Origin: an uncultured Clostridia bacterium
GTDB lineage: Bacteria; Bacillota; Clostridia; Oscillospirales; Acutalibacteraceae
Assembly (NCBI GenBank): GCA_958436475.1
Contig: CAUBKG010000001.1
Coordinates: 18,069-82,068, forward strand
Length of the DNA: 64,000 nt
Direction of reading: 5' to 3'
This document shows, one piece after another, positions 39,177-48,852 of the stretch. The notes under the pieces were generated by a model, which was not told the DNA's origin, did not search any database, and saw only the letters and a list, made by a program, of their open reading frames with translations. Position 1 is the stretch's first letter; each line of letters opens with the position of its first letter. A program made the position numbers and the translations under genes.

Positions 39177-40040
39177 TTAGAAATCGGATTTCCAAACAGC
39201 AGTGGAGCCACAGGGCAGCACGAGACCTGTTTCCGTAACGGGCAGGCCGATTTCCTCGGCAGAAACGGTTCCACCGCCCAGCTCCAGCGTTTCCAGCAGA
39301 TACATCATGACCGCCGGCGAGAGGCCGGTGGTATAGGAATTGATGATAAAAAACAGCGGCTGCTCCGAGAGCAGCTGGCGGCACTGCGTCAAAAGCGGAT
39401 AGATCTGCTCTTCGATCTTCCAGATCTCCCCGTTCGGGCCCCTGCCGTAAGAAGGAGGGTCCATCACGATGCCGTCGTAATGGTTTCCGCGTCGGATTTC
39501 CCGCGCCACGAATTTGAGGCAGTCGTCCACCAGCCAGCGAACCGGCTTATCTGCGAGGCCGGAGGCCGCCGCGTTATCCTTCGCCCAGAGGACCATGCCC
39601 TTAGAGGCGTCCACATGAACGGTCTCCGCCCCGGCGCTCAAGGAAGCGAGGGTTGCGCCGCCGGTATAGGCAAACAGGTTCAGAACCTTTATTTTCCGGT
39701 TTGCGCTGCGGACAGCGTTTGCAATCCAGTCCCAATTGACTGCCTGCTCCGGGAAAAGACCCGTATGCTTAAATCCCATGGGCTTTAAGCGGAAGGCAAG
39801 ATCCTTGTATCCGATCTGCCAAACGTCCGGCACTCTGCGGTAGGTTTCCCAGTGCCCGCCGCCCGAGGAAGAACGGTGATAGCGCGCATGCGCCTCTTTC
39901 CAAAGCGGATTCTTTTTCGGCGTATTCCAAACGATCTGCGGATCCGGGCGGATCAGGATAATATCCCCCCAGCGCTCGAGGCGTTCGCCGGAGCTCGCGT
40001 CGATCAATTCATAATCCTTCCAGCCGGAAGATATCCTCAT
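39177..40040 (-). CDS. class I SAM-dependent RNA methyltransferase (RlmI/YccW-like, no PUA domain)
   Basis: Rossmann-fold MTase motifs (VLNLFAYTGG, DPPSY). ATG at 40040 with a GAGAGGAAG RBS. Confidence 0.65.
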   Translation of the reverse strand: MRISSGWKDYELIDASSGERLERWGDIILIRPDPQIVWNTPKKNPLWKEAHARYHRSSSGGGHWETYRRVPDVWQIGYKDLAFRLKPMGFKHTGLFPEQAVNWDWIANAVRSANRKIKVLNLFAYTGGATLASLSAGAETVHVDASKGMVLWAKDNAAASGLADKPVRWLVDDCLKFVAREIRRGNHYDGIVMDPPSYGRGPNGEIWKIEEQIYPLLTQCRQLLSEQPLFFIINSYTTGLSPAVMMYLLETLELGGGTVSAEEIGLPVTETGLVLPCGSTAVWKSDF

Positions 40041-40056
40041 ACTCTTCTTCCTCTCT

Positions 40057-41406
40057 TCAGGCCAGTCGGAGCCGGATGGTATCCGCCACACGGTTGGCGA
40101 GAACGCCGATCTGCTCCTCGTTGCTTCCTTCCACCATCACGCGGATCAGCGGCTCGGTGCCTGAGCAGCGCACCAGAATGCGGCCGTCTTCCCCGAGGGT
40201 GCTTTCCACTGCCCGGATGGCCTCCTGTACTTCACTGTCTCCTGCGAGGCGCTCCTTGCCGTCTGCCGAAACGCGGACGTTTACAAGCACCTGCGGGTAT
40301 ACCTTCATGATCTGGCTGAGCTCTGAAAGCTTCTTGCTCGTGCGCTGCATCACAGCCATGAGCTGCAGGCCGGTGAGCTCGCCGTCTCCCGTAGTGGCGA
40401 AATCCTTAAATATAATATGCCCGGACTGCTCTCCGCCGATGGAATAATTTTTTTCGCGCATTTTTTCGAGCACATAGCGGTCGCCCACCTTGGTGACCTC
40501 CACCTTGATGCCGTGCTCCTTCGCAAAGCGGAAAAAACCGATGTTGGACATAACGGTGACTACGGCGACCTCGTCTGCCAGCCTGCCGAGCTCTTTGAAA
40601 TGGTCGGCTATCACGGCAATAATGCGGTCGCCGTCCACCACGCAGCCGGTTTCGTCCACCGCGAGGCAGCGGTCAGCGTCGCCGTCGAAGGCAAGCCCCA
40701 GGTCGCACCCGTTTTCCTTTACAAAATCGGTCATGAGGCCCACACAGGTGGAGCCGCAGTCTTTATTGATATTCACACCGTTCGGAAGGTCGTGGAGGGC
40801 GATCACCTCAGCGCCGAGGGAAGAAAAAATCCTGTGAGCAGTCACGGATGCGGAGCCGTTGGAGCAGTCCAGAGCGACCTTGAGGCCGTCCAGCCGGCAG
40901 TCTACGGTGGAACAGATATAATCCGCATAATCATCCGGCGCGGAATCCACCCGGGTTACACGGCCTAAATCTTCCCCTTCCGCGAGTGAAACGGGCTTCG
41001 CATGATCCAGAATAATCGCTTCAATCTCCTCTTCCGTTGCATCGGGCAGCTTATAGCCTTCATGATTGAAAATCTTGATTCCGTTATATTCAAAGGGATT
41101 GTGGGAAGCCGAAATCATAAAGCCGGCGTCCGCCTGGTATTTGGAAATCAGGTAAGCTACCGCGGGAGTAGGCACCACGCCGAGCAGGAGAACATCCGCC
41201 CCCACGGAGCAAAGTCCCGCCGCAAGCGCGGTCTCGAGCATATCGGAAGAGAGGCGGGTATCCTTGCCGATCACAAAGGTTTTGCGGCGGTCGTGCCCTG
41301 CGCCGAGCACCATGGCAGTGGCCCGCCCGATCTCCATCGCCCTCTCACAGGTGAGCTCCTGGTTTGCGACGCCCCTCGCGCCGTCTGTTCCAAACAATCT
41401 TCCCAT
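40057..41406 (-). CDS. glmM: phosphoglucosamine mutase
   Basis: Active-site SASHNP motif and an MGRLFGTDGARG N-terminus at the ATG 41406, which has a GGAGG RBS. The track's upstream extension is spurious. Confidence 0.9.
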   Translation of the reverse strand: MGRLFGTDGARGVANQELTCERAMEIGRATAMVLGAGHDRRKTFVIGKDTRLSSDMLETALAAGLCSVGADVLLLGVVPTPAVAYLISKYQADAGFMISASHNPFEYNGIKIFNHEGYKLPDATEEEIEAIILDHAKPVSLAEGEDLGRVTRVDSAPDDYADYICSTVDCRLDGLKVALDCSNGSASVTAHRIFSSLGAEVIALHDLPNGVNINKDCGSTCVGLMTDFVKENGCDLGLAFDGDADRCLAVDETGCVVDGDRIIAVIADHFKELGRLADEVAVVTVMSNIGFFRFAKEHGIKVEVTKVGDRYVLEKMREKNYSIGGEQSGHIIFKDFATTGDGELTGLQLMAVMQRTSKKLSELSQIMKVYPQVLVNVRVSADGKERLAGDSEVQEAIRAVESTLGEDGRILVRCSGTEPLIRVMVEGSNEEQIGVLANRVADTIRLRLA

Positions 41407-41455
41407 AACTATTATTCCTCCATTATCGTGAAATCTCTCTATACTGCGCCCGTTC

Positions 41456-42487
41456 CTAATACAGCGAATCTTGACCGCCGCGCGGCTTGATTCCCAAATG
41501 CTCATAAGCCGCAAGCGTTGCGCAGCGCCCGCGCGGAGAACGGCTCAAAAATCCAATCTGCATCAGGTATGGTTCATATACATCTTCCAGCGTGACCGCT
41601 TCTTCGCCGATGGCGGCGGCAAGCGTCTCGAGGCCCACGGGGCCTCCGCTGTAGGTTTCAATAATGGTGCGGAGCAAGCGGCGGTCGTTGGCATCCAGCC
41701 CGAGCTCGTCGATGCCCTGCCGGTCGAGCGCCTCCCGCGCAACGGCTTCGTTGATAAAACCATCGTGCATGACTTCGGCCACGTCCCTCACGCGCTTGAG
41801 CAGGCGGTTGGCAATGCGCGGCGTGCCTCTCGAACGGGAAGCGATTTCCAGGGTGCCCTCGCGGTCCGCCTGCACGCCGAGGATGGAGGCCGAACGGGAA
41901 ATGATTTCAGCGAGCTCCTCCGGGGTATACAGCTCCAGCCTCTGGATCACGCCGAAGCGGTCGCGCAGAGGGGCGGAAAGCTGCCCGGCGCGCGTGGTTG
42001 CGCCCACGAGGGTGAATTTCGGCAAATCGAGCCGGATGGAGCGGGCCGAAGGCCCTTTTCCGATGATGATATCCAGCGCGTAATCCTCCATGGCCGGGTA
42101 AAGCACCTCTTCGACCGTCCGCGGCAGGCGGTGGATTTCATCGATAAACAAAACGTCGCCTTCGCTCAGGTTCGTAAGCAGGGCCGCAAGGTCGCCCGGC
42201 TTTTCGATGGCGGGACCGGAAGTGATGCGGATCTGCACGTTCATTTCGTTTGCGATAATGCCGGCAAGCGTTGTTTTCCCGAGGCCGGGAGGGCCGTAAA
42301 GCAGCAAATGGTCGAGGGCTTCCCCCCTCTTTTTCGCCGCTTCCATATAAATCGAAAGGTTTTCCTTCACCTTTTGCTGGCCAATGTATTCCGAAAGCGT
42401 TTTGGGACGCAGGGAATTATCGATTCCGGAATCCTCCGGGGTATATTCCTGCGCAACCAAACGGTTTTCCATATCAAATTCGGGCAT
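41456..42487 (-). CDS. ruvB: Holliday junction branch migration helicase RuvB
   Basis: AAA+ Walker [10 protein letters not shown] and ruvCAB synteny. Confidence 0.95.
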   Translation of the reverse strand: MPEFDMENRLVAQEYTPEDSGIDNSLRPKTLSEYIGQQKVKENLSIYMEAAKKRGEALDHLLLYGPPGLGKTTLAGIIANEMNVQIRITSGPAIEKPGDLAALLTNLSEGDVLFIDEIHRLPRTVEEVLYPAMEDYALDIIIGKGPSARSIRLDLPKFTLVGATTRAGQLSAPLRDRFGVIQRLELYTPEELAEIISRSASILGVQADREGTLEIASRSRGTPRIANRLLKRVRDVAEVMHDGFINEAVAREALDRQGIDELGLDANDRRLLRTIIETYSGGPVGLETLAAAIGEEAVTLEDVYEPYLMQIGFLSRSPRGRCATLAAYEHLGIKPRGGQDSLY

Positions 42488-42497
42488 CCGGTTTCAC

Positions 42498-43103
42498 CTA
42501 CCTGGAAAGTAATTTCAGCGCCCCGCGCACGAGGTCTTCGAGCGGGAGCGCAGGATCCAACCGGCCAAGCGCCTGCATGGCCTCGGTCTGGGAATAGCCG
42601 AGTGTTACGAGAGCGGCGCACGCCTCTGCCACGGGCTCGTGCTCCGCTGCCGCGGAAATGCTCTGAAGCTCGGCTTCTTTTCCTGAAGATACCGCCGTGC
42701 TGCCGGCGATCTTATCCTTCAGCTCCAGCACGAGCCGCTGAGCCAGCTTCCGCCCCACGCCGTTCGCGCGGGTGATGGCCTTGCTGTCTCCCGAGGCAAT
42801 GCTGAGGGCAAGCTGGTCGGGCGTTAAATCGGAAAGAATCGCAAGCGCCACTTTGGGGCCCACGCCGGAAACGGAGGTCAGCAGGCGGAAGCAGTCCTTC
42901 TCCTGCTCGGTGGCAAAGCCATAGAGGTCGAGCGCATCTTCCTTCACCACCAGATGCGTATAAAGCATCACGCGCTCCCCCGCTTTCGGCAGAGCACGAT
43001 AGGTGGAAAGGGTGATGCTGCACCGGAACCCCACCCCGCCGCATTCCACTGCCACAAAGGACTGGTCTGCGCGGAGAAGGGTGCCCTGTAAACTATAAAA
43101 CAT
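42498..43103 (-). CDS. ruvA: Holliday junction DNA-binding protein RuvA
   Basis: Helix-hairpin-helix GVGPK motif; 201 aa. Confidence 0.9.
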   Translation of the reverse strand: MFYSLQGTLLRADQSFVAVECGGVGFRCSITLSTYRALPKAGERVMLYTHLVVKEDALDLYGFATEQEKDCFRLLTSVSGVGPKVALAILSDLTPDQLALSIASGDSKAITRANGVGRKLAQRLVLELKDKIAGSTAVSSGKEAELQSISAAAEHEPVAEACAALVTLGYSQTEAMQALGRLDPALPLEDLVRGALKLLSR

Positions 43104-43107
43104 AATA

Positions 43108-43626
43108 TCAGTACCTGCCTTTGAGTTTGCTCATAAGAGAACCGTTGCAGTGCGCGTGGCAGATGGCAATAGCCAGCGCGTCGGCCGTATCGTCCGGCTT
43201 CGGAACCTGGGAAAGCCCCAGGATGATACGGGTCATTTCCATGACCTGCGCCTTCACCGCCTTGCCGTACCCAACCACAGCGGATTTCACCTGAAGGGGC
43301 GTGTATTCAAACACGGGAATATTGTTTTGCTTTGCGGCAAGCAGAATCACCCCGCGCGCCTCGGCCACGCCGATGGCGGTGGTGGCGTTTGTGGTAAAAA
43401 AAAGCTGCTCGATGGAAAGGGCATCCGGCTTCCATTTTTTCATGACCAGGCTGATCTGGTCATAGATCAGCTCCAGCCGGTAGGAAAAATCGGTTTTGGC
43501 GGGCGTGGTGGCCGCTCCATAGTCCAAAACAGCAAAACGGCCCGCCTCGTAGCGGATCACACCGTATCCAGCAATCGCATAGCCGGGGTCAACGCCAAGA
43601 ATCGTCATAAACACATACTCCCACAT
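43108..43626 (-). CDS. ruvC: crossover junction endodeoxyribonuclease RuvC
   Basis: ILGVDPG catalytic Asp motif. The start may instead be the internal ATG at 43608. Confidence 0.88.
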   Translation of the reverse strand: MWEYVFMTILGVDPGYAIAGYGVIRYEAGRFAVLDYGAATTPAKTDFSYRLELIYDQISLVMKKWKPDALSIEQLFFTTNATTAIGVAEARGVILLAAKQNNIPVFEYTPLQVKSAVVGYGKAVKAQVMEMTRIILGLSQVPKPDDTADALAIAICHAHCNGSLMSKLKGRY

Positions 43627-43751
43627 TTTATCGATTAATTATATCACAACAGGCCCGCGCAGGCAACACAATTCCGGCAGGAAGCACCGTGAATTGACAC
43701 CGTGCCAAAACTCTGTTATGATGAAAAAAATGTATTGGGAGCGAAGGTATT

Positions 43752-44255
43752 ATGAAAAGAATTGTGGCGTTGCTGCTTTGTGTCATCTTTTCCGCGTCGC
43801 TTTTCGGGTGCGGCGGCAATACTGCGGAGACGCCGGCAGAACCGCCTTACAGCGAGGCTGGGGCCTGGCCGAACATCACGATTTCTTCTGGAAACGAACC
43901 GTTTACCGAGCTCGCCTTCGGCGGATGGGAAAAACGCCTCACGAATACAGACAGCCGCTACTGCGCCTTTTTTATCGGTAAGCTTCCGCTCGAAACCGAT
44001 GTGACCCTCCCGGAATATTTTACAGACGACAACGGAAAACAGCTCAAGGTTTTTAACGCGACCATCATTACAAAGATCATTGAAGAAGGACTCCCTCACA
44101 CGGTGGGGAAAATCGTTTGGCCGGGGGAAACCGTAAAAACCACCAAGCAGGATGTGGTTTTGCTGGATAATGAGCAGGACGGCAAAACGCTCTGCTATGT
44201 TTATTTCGATACGCAGATCGACAATATCAACAATCCCGATAGTAATCCGACTTAA
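43752..44255 (+). CDS. putative lipoprotein
   Basis: Lipobox LFGC after the signal peptide MKRIVALLLCVIFSASLFGCGG. Confidence 0.6.
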   Translation: MKRIVALLLCVIFSASLFGCGGNTAETPAEPPYSEAGAWPNITISSGNEPFTELAFGGWEKRLTNTDSRYCAFFIGKLPLETDVTLPEYFTDDNGKQLKVFNATIITKIIEEGLPHTVGKIVWPGETVKTTKQDVVLLDNEQDGKTLCYVYFDTQIDNINNPDSNPT

Positions 44256-44274
44256 AAAACGTCTGGAGGAGCAA

Positions 44275-44742
44275 ATGAAAGCTGTAAAAAAGAGTATCCT
44301 AGCTTTGATCCTGGCTGCGGCGGTGCTTGCACTTACCGCCTGCGGCACGCCAAAAACGCCGCTTACCACGGAGCATTTTACCGAACAGGCCGTTTCCGCA
44401 GGATATGAAGTGACTGACGCCACCGAACAGTTTGAAACAGACGGTGTTCAGGAAGCCGCCGTCGCAGAAAATGAAAATTATCAGCTGTGGTTTTATACCC
44501 TTCCCTCTTCCAGGGAGGCAAATGCTGCGTTTGCGGGCAGCCGAGAAAAATTTGAAGACGCCTCGCATGGCTTTTCCTCTTATAAATCCGTTTCTGTTTT
44601 GAATTATAAGTATTATTACCAGACAGCCTCAGGCAACTTTTATCTCGTTGCCGTGATCGATAACACCATGGTATACTGCGTTGCAGAAAGCACGCATGCG
44701 GATGAAATCAAGAATTTTGTGAAATCGCTCGGATATATGTGA
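44275..44742 (+). CDS. putative lipoprotein
   Basis: ATG at 44275 with a GGAGGA RBS; signal peptide plus lipobox LTAC. The track start at 44152 is an extension. Confidence 0.6.
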   Translation: MKAVKKSILALILAAAVLALTACGTPKTPLTTEHFTEQAVSAGYEVTDATEQFETDGVQEAAVAENENYQLWFYTLPSSREANAAFAGSREKFEDASHGFSSYKSVSVLNYKYYYQTASGNFYLVAVIDNTMVYCVAESTHADEIKNFVKSLGYM

Positions 44743-44810
44743 TTCCTCCCAACAAAAAAGAACCTGCCGGAAAGAAGCACCGGCAGGTTCCTTTTTTATA
44801 GAACAAATAT

Positions 44811-45350
44811 TCAGCTTTTTTTCAGAAGCCCTTCGATTGTTCCGATAAGCTCCTGCGGCGTAACCGTAGGGCCGTAACGGCCGGCAACGTTGCCGGAGGC
44901 GTCTACTAAGAATTTTGTGAAATTCCAGCGGATATCATTGCCCGGAGCATACTGGCCGAGGGAATACAGCTTTTCTCGGAAGGCTCCCGCCGCTTCGTTT
45001 TCCTGCTCCTCCCCCGCCTCCTCCTTGAGAAAGGCATAAAGAGGATGCTGCCCCGGCCCGTTGACCTGGATTTTTGCAAAGGTGGGAAAAGCGGTTCGAT
45101 AACGCGCCTGGCAAAACTCCGCAAGCTCCTGATCGGTGCCGGGAGCTTGGTTCAGAAACTGGTTGCAGGGAAAATCCAGTATTTCAAAAGGCTGTTCCGA
45201 AAAATGCTCATACAGCTTCTGCAGCGCTTCATATTGCGGAGTAAGCCCGCAGGCGGTTGCAGTATTCACAATCAGCAGAACGCGCCCGCGGTAGCTGGCG
45301 AGCGATATTTCCGAGCCGTCGGTCCGGCGCACGATAAAATCATAAATCAT
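44811..45350 (-). CDS. glutathione peroxidase
   Basis: VNTATACGLT (catalytic Cys) and LDFPCNQF motifs. Confidence 0.85.
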   Translation of the reverse strand: MIYDFIVRRTDGSEISLASYRGRVLLIVNTATACGLTPQYEALQKLYEHFSEQPFEILDFPCNQFLNQAPGTDQELAEFCQARYRTAFPTFAKIQVNGPGQHPLYAFLKEEAGEEQENEAAGAFREKLYSLGQYAPGNDIRWNFTKFLVDASGNVAGRYGPTVTPQELIGTIEGLLKKS

Positions 45351-45760
45351 ATGCTGCTTTTCCTTTCCATACGGCGCTCAGCAAACCAGACGCGCAGACG
45401 CCTGCAAAGGAAATCGAGGGGGATGCAAAGGAAAAACCAAAGCACGGAATACAGCAGGCAAATCTGCCCGAATAAATTACAGAACCGGTTGGAATAATCC
45501 CAAACGTCCATAAGCAGCACACGGTTCACAAGCATCCCGACGGCAAACTCCACAGCCGTGATGGAAACGGCGCCTGCGAGGCACTTTTTCCAAAGCTTCG
45601 CCCCCTCCAGACGGCCGTTGATCGCATATATGGCAAGAAAACAGAAGCCGCCGGTAAGCGTCATCGTCCAGTGCGTGTATCCCCGCCATAAGATTTCCAG
45701 TACGCTGTATCCCACCGCGCCGATACAAAAAATCATTAAAATTTCTTTCCATTTAACCAT
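45347..45760 (-). CDS. small polytopic membrane protein (PF06541/DUF1113-like)
   Basis: Four predicted TM helices. The track start is GTG at 45769; the first ATG is at 45760. Confidence 0.55.
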   Translation of the reverse strand: MVKWKEILMIFCIGAVGYSVLEILWRGYTHWTMTLTGGFCFLAIYAINGRLEGAKLWKKCLAGAVSITAVEFAVGMLVNRVLLMDVWDYSNRFCNLFGQICLLYSVLWFFLCIPLDFLCRRLRVWFAERRMERKSSI

Positions 45761-45877
45761 AAAAAACACCCTGTTATAGATTGCGTATTTTTTATGGTTT
45801 CATGTACCGGAAGTCTTTTCCTGCGTATTCTCGAATGATACGCAAGTCCGCAGCAACATTTGTTCCGATGACGAAAC

Positions 45878-45923
45878 TCTCAATAAGCCAAAAGCAAGGC
45901 CATAAAAGACCTTGCTTTTTGCT
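45878..45923. repeat. 46-nt hairpin module, copy 1 (CTCAATAAGCCAAAAGCAAGGCCATAAAAGACCTTGCTTTTTGCTG)
   Basis: Near-identical copy at 46294-46337, abutting tRNA-Gln. Contains a bidirectional terminator-like hairpin. Confidence 0.5.
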
Positions 45924-46124
45924 GCCAGACTGTTACAAAAAAGATGCCCCCTCCCGCCGCAGCGGCAACCGCAAAAGGTTGGTAGTGCCATGGAGGCGTC
46001 ATGGCCGCGCTTGCAAGGCCATAGCCGGAACAAGCGTGACCTTTTGCGGAAGAGGAGGAGCAAGGTAGCGGGCGGATGTTTTCTTTGCAAAAGAAAACGG
46101 AGCAAAGCGAACTTTGCTCCGACG

Positions 46125-46148
46125 TGGCTGGGATGGCAGGATTCGAAC
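46125..46148 (-). repeat. orphan duplicate of the 3' terminal 24 nt of tRNA-Gln (not a foldable tRNA)
   Basis: TGGCTGGGATGGCAGGATTCGAAC is identical to 46338-46361, but the upstream sequence cannot form T, anticodon or D arms. Confidence 0.55.
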
Positions 46149-46293
46149 GCGTGACTCGGCTGCGCCTCACCCGCTTTTCACTCGGTCACCCCACGCTTCG
46201 CGTGCGGTACCGCCCTCGCGCTCCGTGCTAAAAACAATCCCCCGGATTGTTTTCTTAACGCACAGACCTTCTCAGGTTCCAATCCCGCCATTT

Positions 46294-46337
46294 CTCAATA
46301 AGCAAAAAGCAAGGCCATAAAAGGCCTTGCTTTTTGC
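46294..46337. repeat. 46-nt hairpin module, copy 2
   Basis: See copy 1. Confidence 0.5.
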
Positions 46338-46413
46338 TGGCTGGGATGGCAGGATTCGAACCTGCGCGATGACGGAGTCAAAGTCCGCTGCCTTACCGCT
46401 TGGCTACATCCCA
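46338..46413 (-). tRNA. tRNA-Gln (anticodon UUG)
   Basis: Hand-folded cloverleaf: acceptor TGGGATG/CATCCCA, anticodon loop CUUUGAC, T-arm GCAGGTTCGAATCCTGC, and an encoded CCA. Confidence 0.85.
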
Positions 46414-46470
46414 ATATTGAAAAGACTGTAGGCTGGAATAAACCGGGCTACAGTCCTTTACCTATTCAGA

Positions 46471-46548
46471 TGGGGTGGATAATCGGGTTCGAACCGACGA
46501 CCTCCAGGGCCACAACCTGGCACTCTAACCAACTGAGCTATATCCACC
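46471..46548 (-). tRNA. tRNA-His (anticodon GUG) with encoded G-1
   Basis: GGTGGATATAGCTCAGTTGGTTAGAGT...anticodon loop TTGTGGC...GGTTCGAACCCGATTATCCACCCCA. The extra 5' G pairs with discriminator C73, and CCA is encoded. Confidence 0.85.
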
Positions 46549-46573
46549 ATATATGGTCGTTTTCGACCTGACT

Positions 46574-46603
46574 ATTATATAACATATCCCCCGCGAAAGT
46601 CAA
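46574..46603 (-). promoter_or_regulatory. promoter for the tRNA-His/tRNA-Gln transcript
   Basis: Minus strand TTGACT-N16-TATATAAT. Confidence 0.4.
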
Positions 46604-46636
46604 CCTATAAATTCACGGGGGATAAAAAGATTTTTT

Positions 46637-47509
46637 TCAGCGGTTCCGCCCCAAAAAGAACAGGGCAACCGTGCCCGGGCCGGAGTGCGTGCCGATGGTT
46701 GGGCCGATGAAATTCACCATGAAGTTTGAGATGTGCAAGCGCTTTTTCACCTGCTCCTGCACGTAAAGGGCATCCTCCTCACAATCTCCATGGCTAATGA
46801 AGACGACCGGATTCTCCATGCCCTCTGCGAGCTTTTCCATGTGGCCCACCAGGGCATCCAGCGATTGCTTTCTTCCCCGCACCTTTCCGATGGGGATCAG
46901 CCGGCCTTCATCATCCACATGCAGAATTGGCTTGATGCCGAGCATGGAACCAATGATCGCCGTCGCCTTGGATACCCTTCCGCCCCGGTGCAGGTGGTTC
47001 AGGTCGTCTACCGTGAAATAATGGCAGAGGTGAAGCTTGTTTTCTTCCAGCCAGGAGAGGATTTCTTCGCGGGTCTTCCCCGCTTCCTTCATCTGAACTG
47101 CGTAAGAAAGAAGCAGGCCCTCTCCCATGGAGGCACAGCGGGAATCGACCACACGCACGGCGCCCTCGCCGTATTTTTCATTCAGCTCTTTGGCGGCAAG
47201 GCACGCGCTGTTGTAGCTTCCGCTGAGCGCGGAGGAAAAGCTGATATGGAGCACGCTTTTTCCGTCTCTCAGGAAGCCTTCAAAGAATTCTTCCGCCTGC
47301 ATCGGCGTTGCCTGCTGTGTCTGCGGCATTTCCCCGCCCCGCATCTTCCGGTAAAATTCCTTCGGGTCCATATTTTGCCCGAGGCCATAGCGAACGCCCT
47401 CCACTGTATAGGAAAGGACGAGCAGGCGCACATCATGAGCCAGATAAAATTCTTCCGGCATATCGCAGGTATTATCGCTGGTGATCACAAAGCCGTCAAA
47501 AGGGTTCAT
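46637..47509 (-). CDS. DegV family fatty-acid-binding protein
   Basis: DegV pattern (VITSDNTCDMP, SLSGSYNSA). Confidence 0.85.
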   Translation of the reverse strand: MNPFDGFVITSDNTCDMPEEFYLAHDVRLLVLSYTVEGVRYGLGQNMDPKEFYRKMRGGEMPQTQQATPMQAEEFFEGFLRDGKSVLHISFSSALSGSYNSACLAAKELNEKYGEGAVRVVDSRCASMGEGLLLSYAVQMKEAGKTREEILSWLEENKLHLCHYFTVDDLNHLHRGGRVSKATAIIGSMLGIKPILHVDDEGRLIPIGKVRGRKQSLDALVGHMEKLAEGMENPVVFISHGDCEEDALYVQEQVKKRLHISNFMVNFIGPTIGTHSGPGTVALFFLGRNR

Positions 47510-47668
47510 ACCGCATCCTCACTTTCCGCGGATTTATCATGAAAAGCCGCGCTGTTTGTGATTTTATTATACCGGATTTGTGGAAGAAACACAACTCCAT
47601 CTTTGCAGGGCTATGGGGATAAAAAAGAGGCCTTCAAAAAGAAGGTCTCTTAAAAAGATCAACATTTA

Positions 47669-48142
47669 CTAAACACGAGTAACTTCACCGGTTTCCAAAT
47701 CGACCTCATACATAGCATTCGAAGTGTAAGTACCGGTAATCTTACCATCAGGAGATATTGTAATAACAAAAGAATCGTTTTTCGGAATATTAGGCGCCAA
47801 TCGCAAAAAAACAGCCGCCGCACTTGTAGGGTTACTGGTCACGTTATCAGCATCCTTTTTAATCTTAATATCTGATGACGTATTAATCGTAACCTTATTT
47901 CCATCCACATCTGTAGCGACATTGGATTCTGCTTCTGTAAATAAAATAGAAGCAATGGATTTTACGCTTGCAGCATTATTAAGTGCATTATTCTCCCCGG
48001 TTTTTTTTACCCAGCCATTGATAGCCGGAATAAGAGTGGCCGCCAAAATTGCCAAAATTGCAATAACTACAATAAGTTCAACAAGTGTAAAGCCTCTTTT
48101 ACTCCGTGCCCGCCCCAACTGGTGGAAAACAAAAGTCTTCAT
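47669..48142 (-). CDS. type IV major pilin paralog 1 (prepilin)
   Basis: Class III signal peptide KRG|FTLVELIVVIAILAILAA, with the start at ATG 48142. Conserved LxPNIPxND block shared with paralog 2. Confidence 0.8.
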   Translation of the reverse strand: MKTFVFHQLGRARSKRGFTLVELIVVIAILAILAATLIPAINGWVKKTGENNALNNAASVKSIASILFTEAESNVATDVDGNKVTINTSSDIKIKKDADNVTSNPTSAAAVFLRLAPNIPKNDSFVITISPDGKITGTYTSNAMYEVDLETGEVTRV

Positions 48143-48248
48143 AGAGAAAACTCCTTTTGGAATCATAAATCAACATCCGGCTATAAGCAACTGTTACTAG
48201 AAAAAATGGGACCTTCCAAAATTGGAAAGCCCCATTAAAGAAACAGAA

Positions 48249-48668
48249 TCAGGATTCAGCTTCTTTAATCTCCATCTTTTCAATATCGACATTTATTTTA
48301 CCGCCATTGCTCTTGTATTCACCTGTGACCTTACCATCCGCATCGACTGAGACCGAGAAATCATCATTAGTGGGAATATTGGGAAGTAACTTTTGAAGAT
48401 CAGTATCAGTTTTCGACAGACCTGCGAGAGAGTCTTTAGTTACCTCGCCAGACTCTACTTGTGTATATAAGATAGATGCTGCAGATTTCACACTGGCTGC
48501 ATTGTTTAACGCAGCACTTTCTTGAGATTTCTTAACCCAACCATTGATAGCCGGGATAAGAACAGCCGCGAGGATCGCCAGAATGGCGATAACAACGATG
48601 AGCTCGATCAGGGTAAAGCCCTTTTTGCTCTGCACCTTTTTCAGGCTGCGGGAAACCAAGTTTTTCAT
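48249..48668 (-). CDS. type IV major pilin paralog 2 (prepilin)
   Basis: KKG|FTLIELIVVIAILAILAA, with the start at ATG 48668. Its own TTGACA-N17-TATTAT promoter is at about 48790-48827, and a terminator hairpin lies downstream at about 48185-48215. Confidence 0.8.
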   Translation of the reverse strand: MKNLVSRSLKKVQSKKGFTLIELIVVIAILAILAAVLIPAINGWVKKSQESAALNNAASVKSAASILYTQVESGEVTKDSLAGLSKTDTDLQKLLPNIPTNDDFSVSVDADGKVTGEYKSNGGKINVDIEKMEIKEAES

Positions 48669-48852
48669 TTTTCCAAAACTCCTTTTAAAGAATTTACGGG
48701 TCGTTACCATACTTATGTACGCAGAGCAAAAATAGAACCTGACTTCTTCCCTGCCACTCCATTTTTAAGCTCACTCACACAATGGCTGGCCCTTTAAGTA
48801 ATTACTATAATAGCAAATTGTCTATGCAATGTCAATAAAAAATGAAATAAAT

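Noticed and set aside
45781-46068. 95-aa basic ORF in the repeat-rich spacer before the tRNAs
   Set aside because: No RBS, extreme Arg content, and it overlaps the duplicated hairpin module. Likely non-coding.
46125-46260. Possible second tRNA (long-arm or selenocysteine-type) sharing the tRNA-Gln 3' end
   Set aside because: Could not fold T-arm, anticodon arm or D-arm by hand; only the terminal 24 nt match. Treated as an orphan att-like duplicate instead.
48711-48852. c-di-GMP riboswitch (GEMM-I/II) upstream of the major pilin gene, as in C. difficile pilA1
   Set aside because: The leader lacks the GGCAAA...GACGCAAAGC (class I) and class II conserved cores. Only a sigma-A promoter and a plain 5' UTR are visible.
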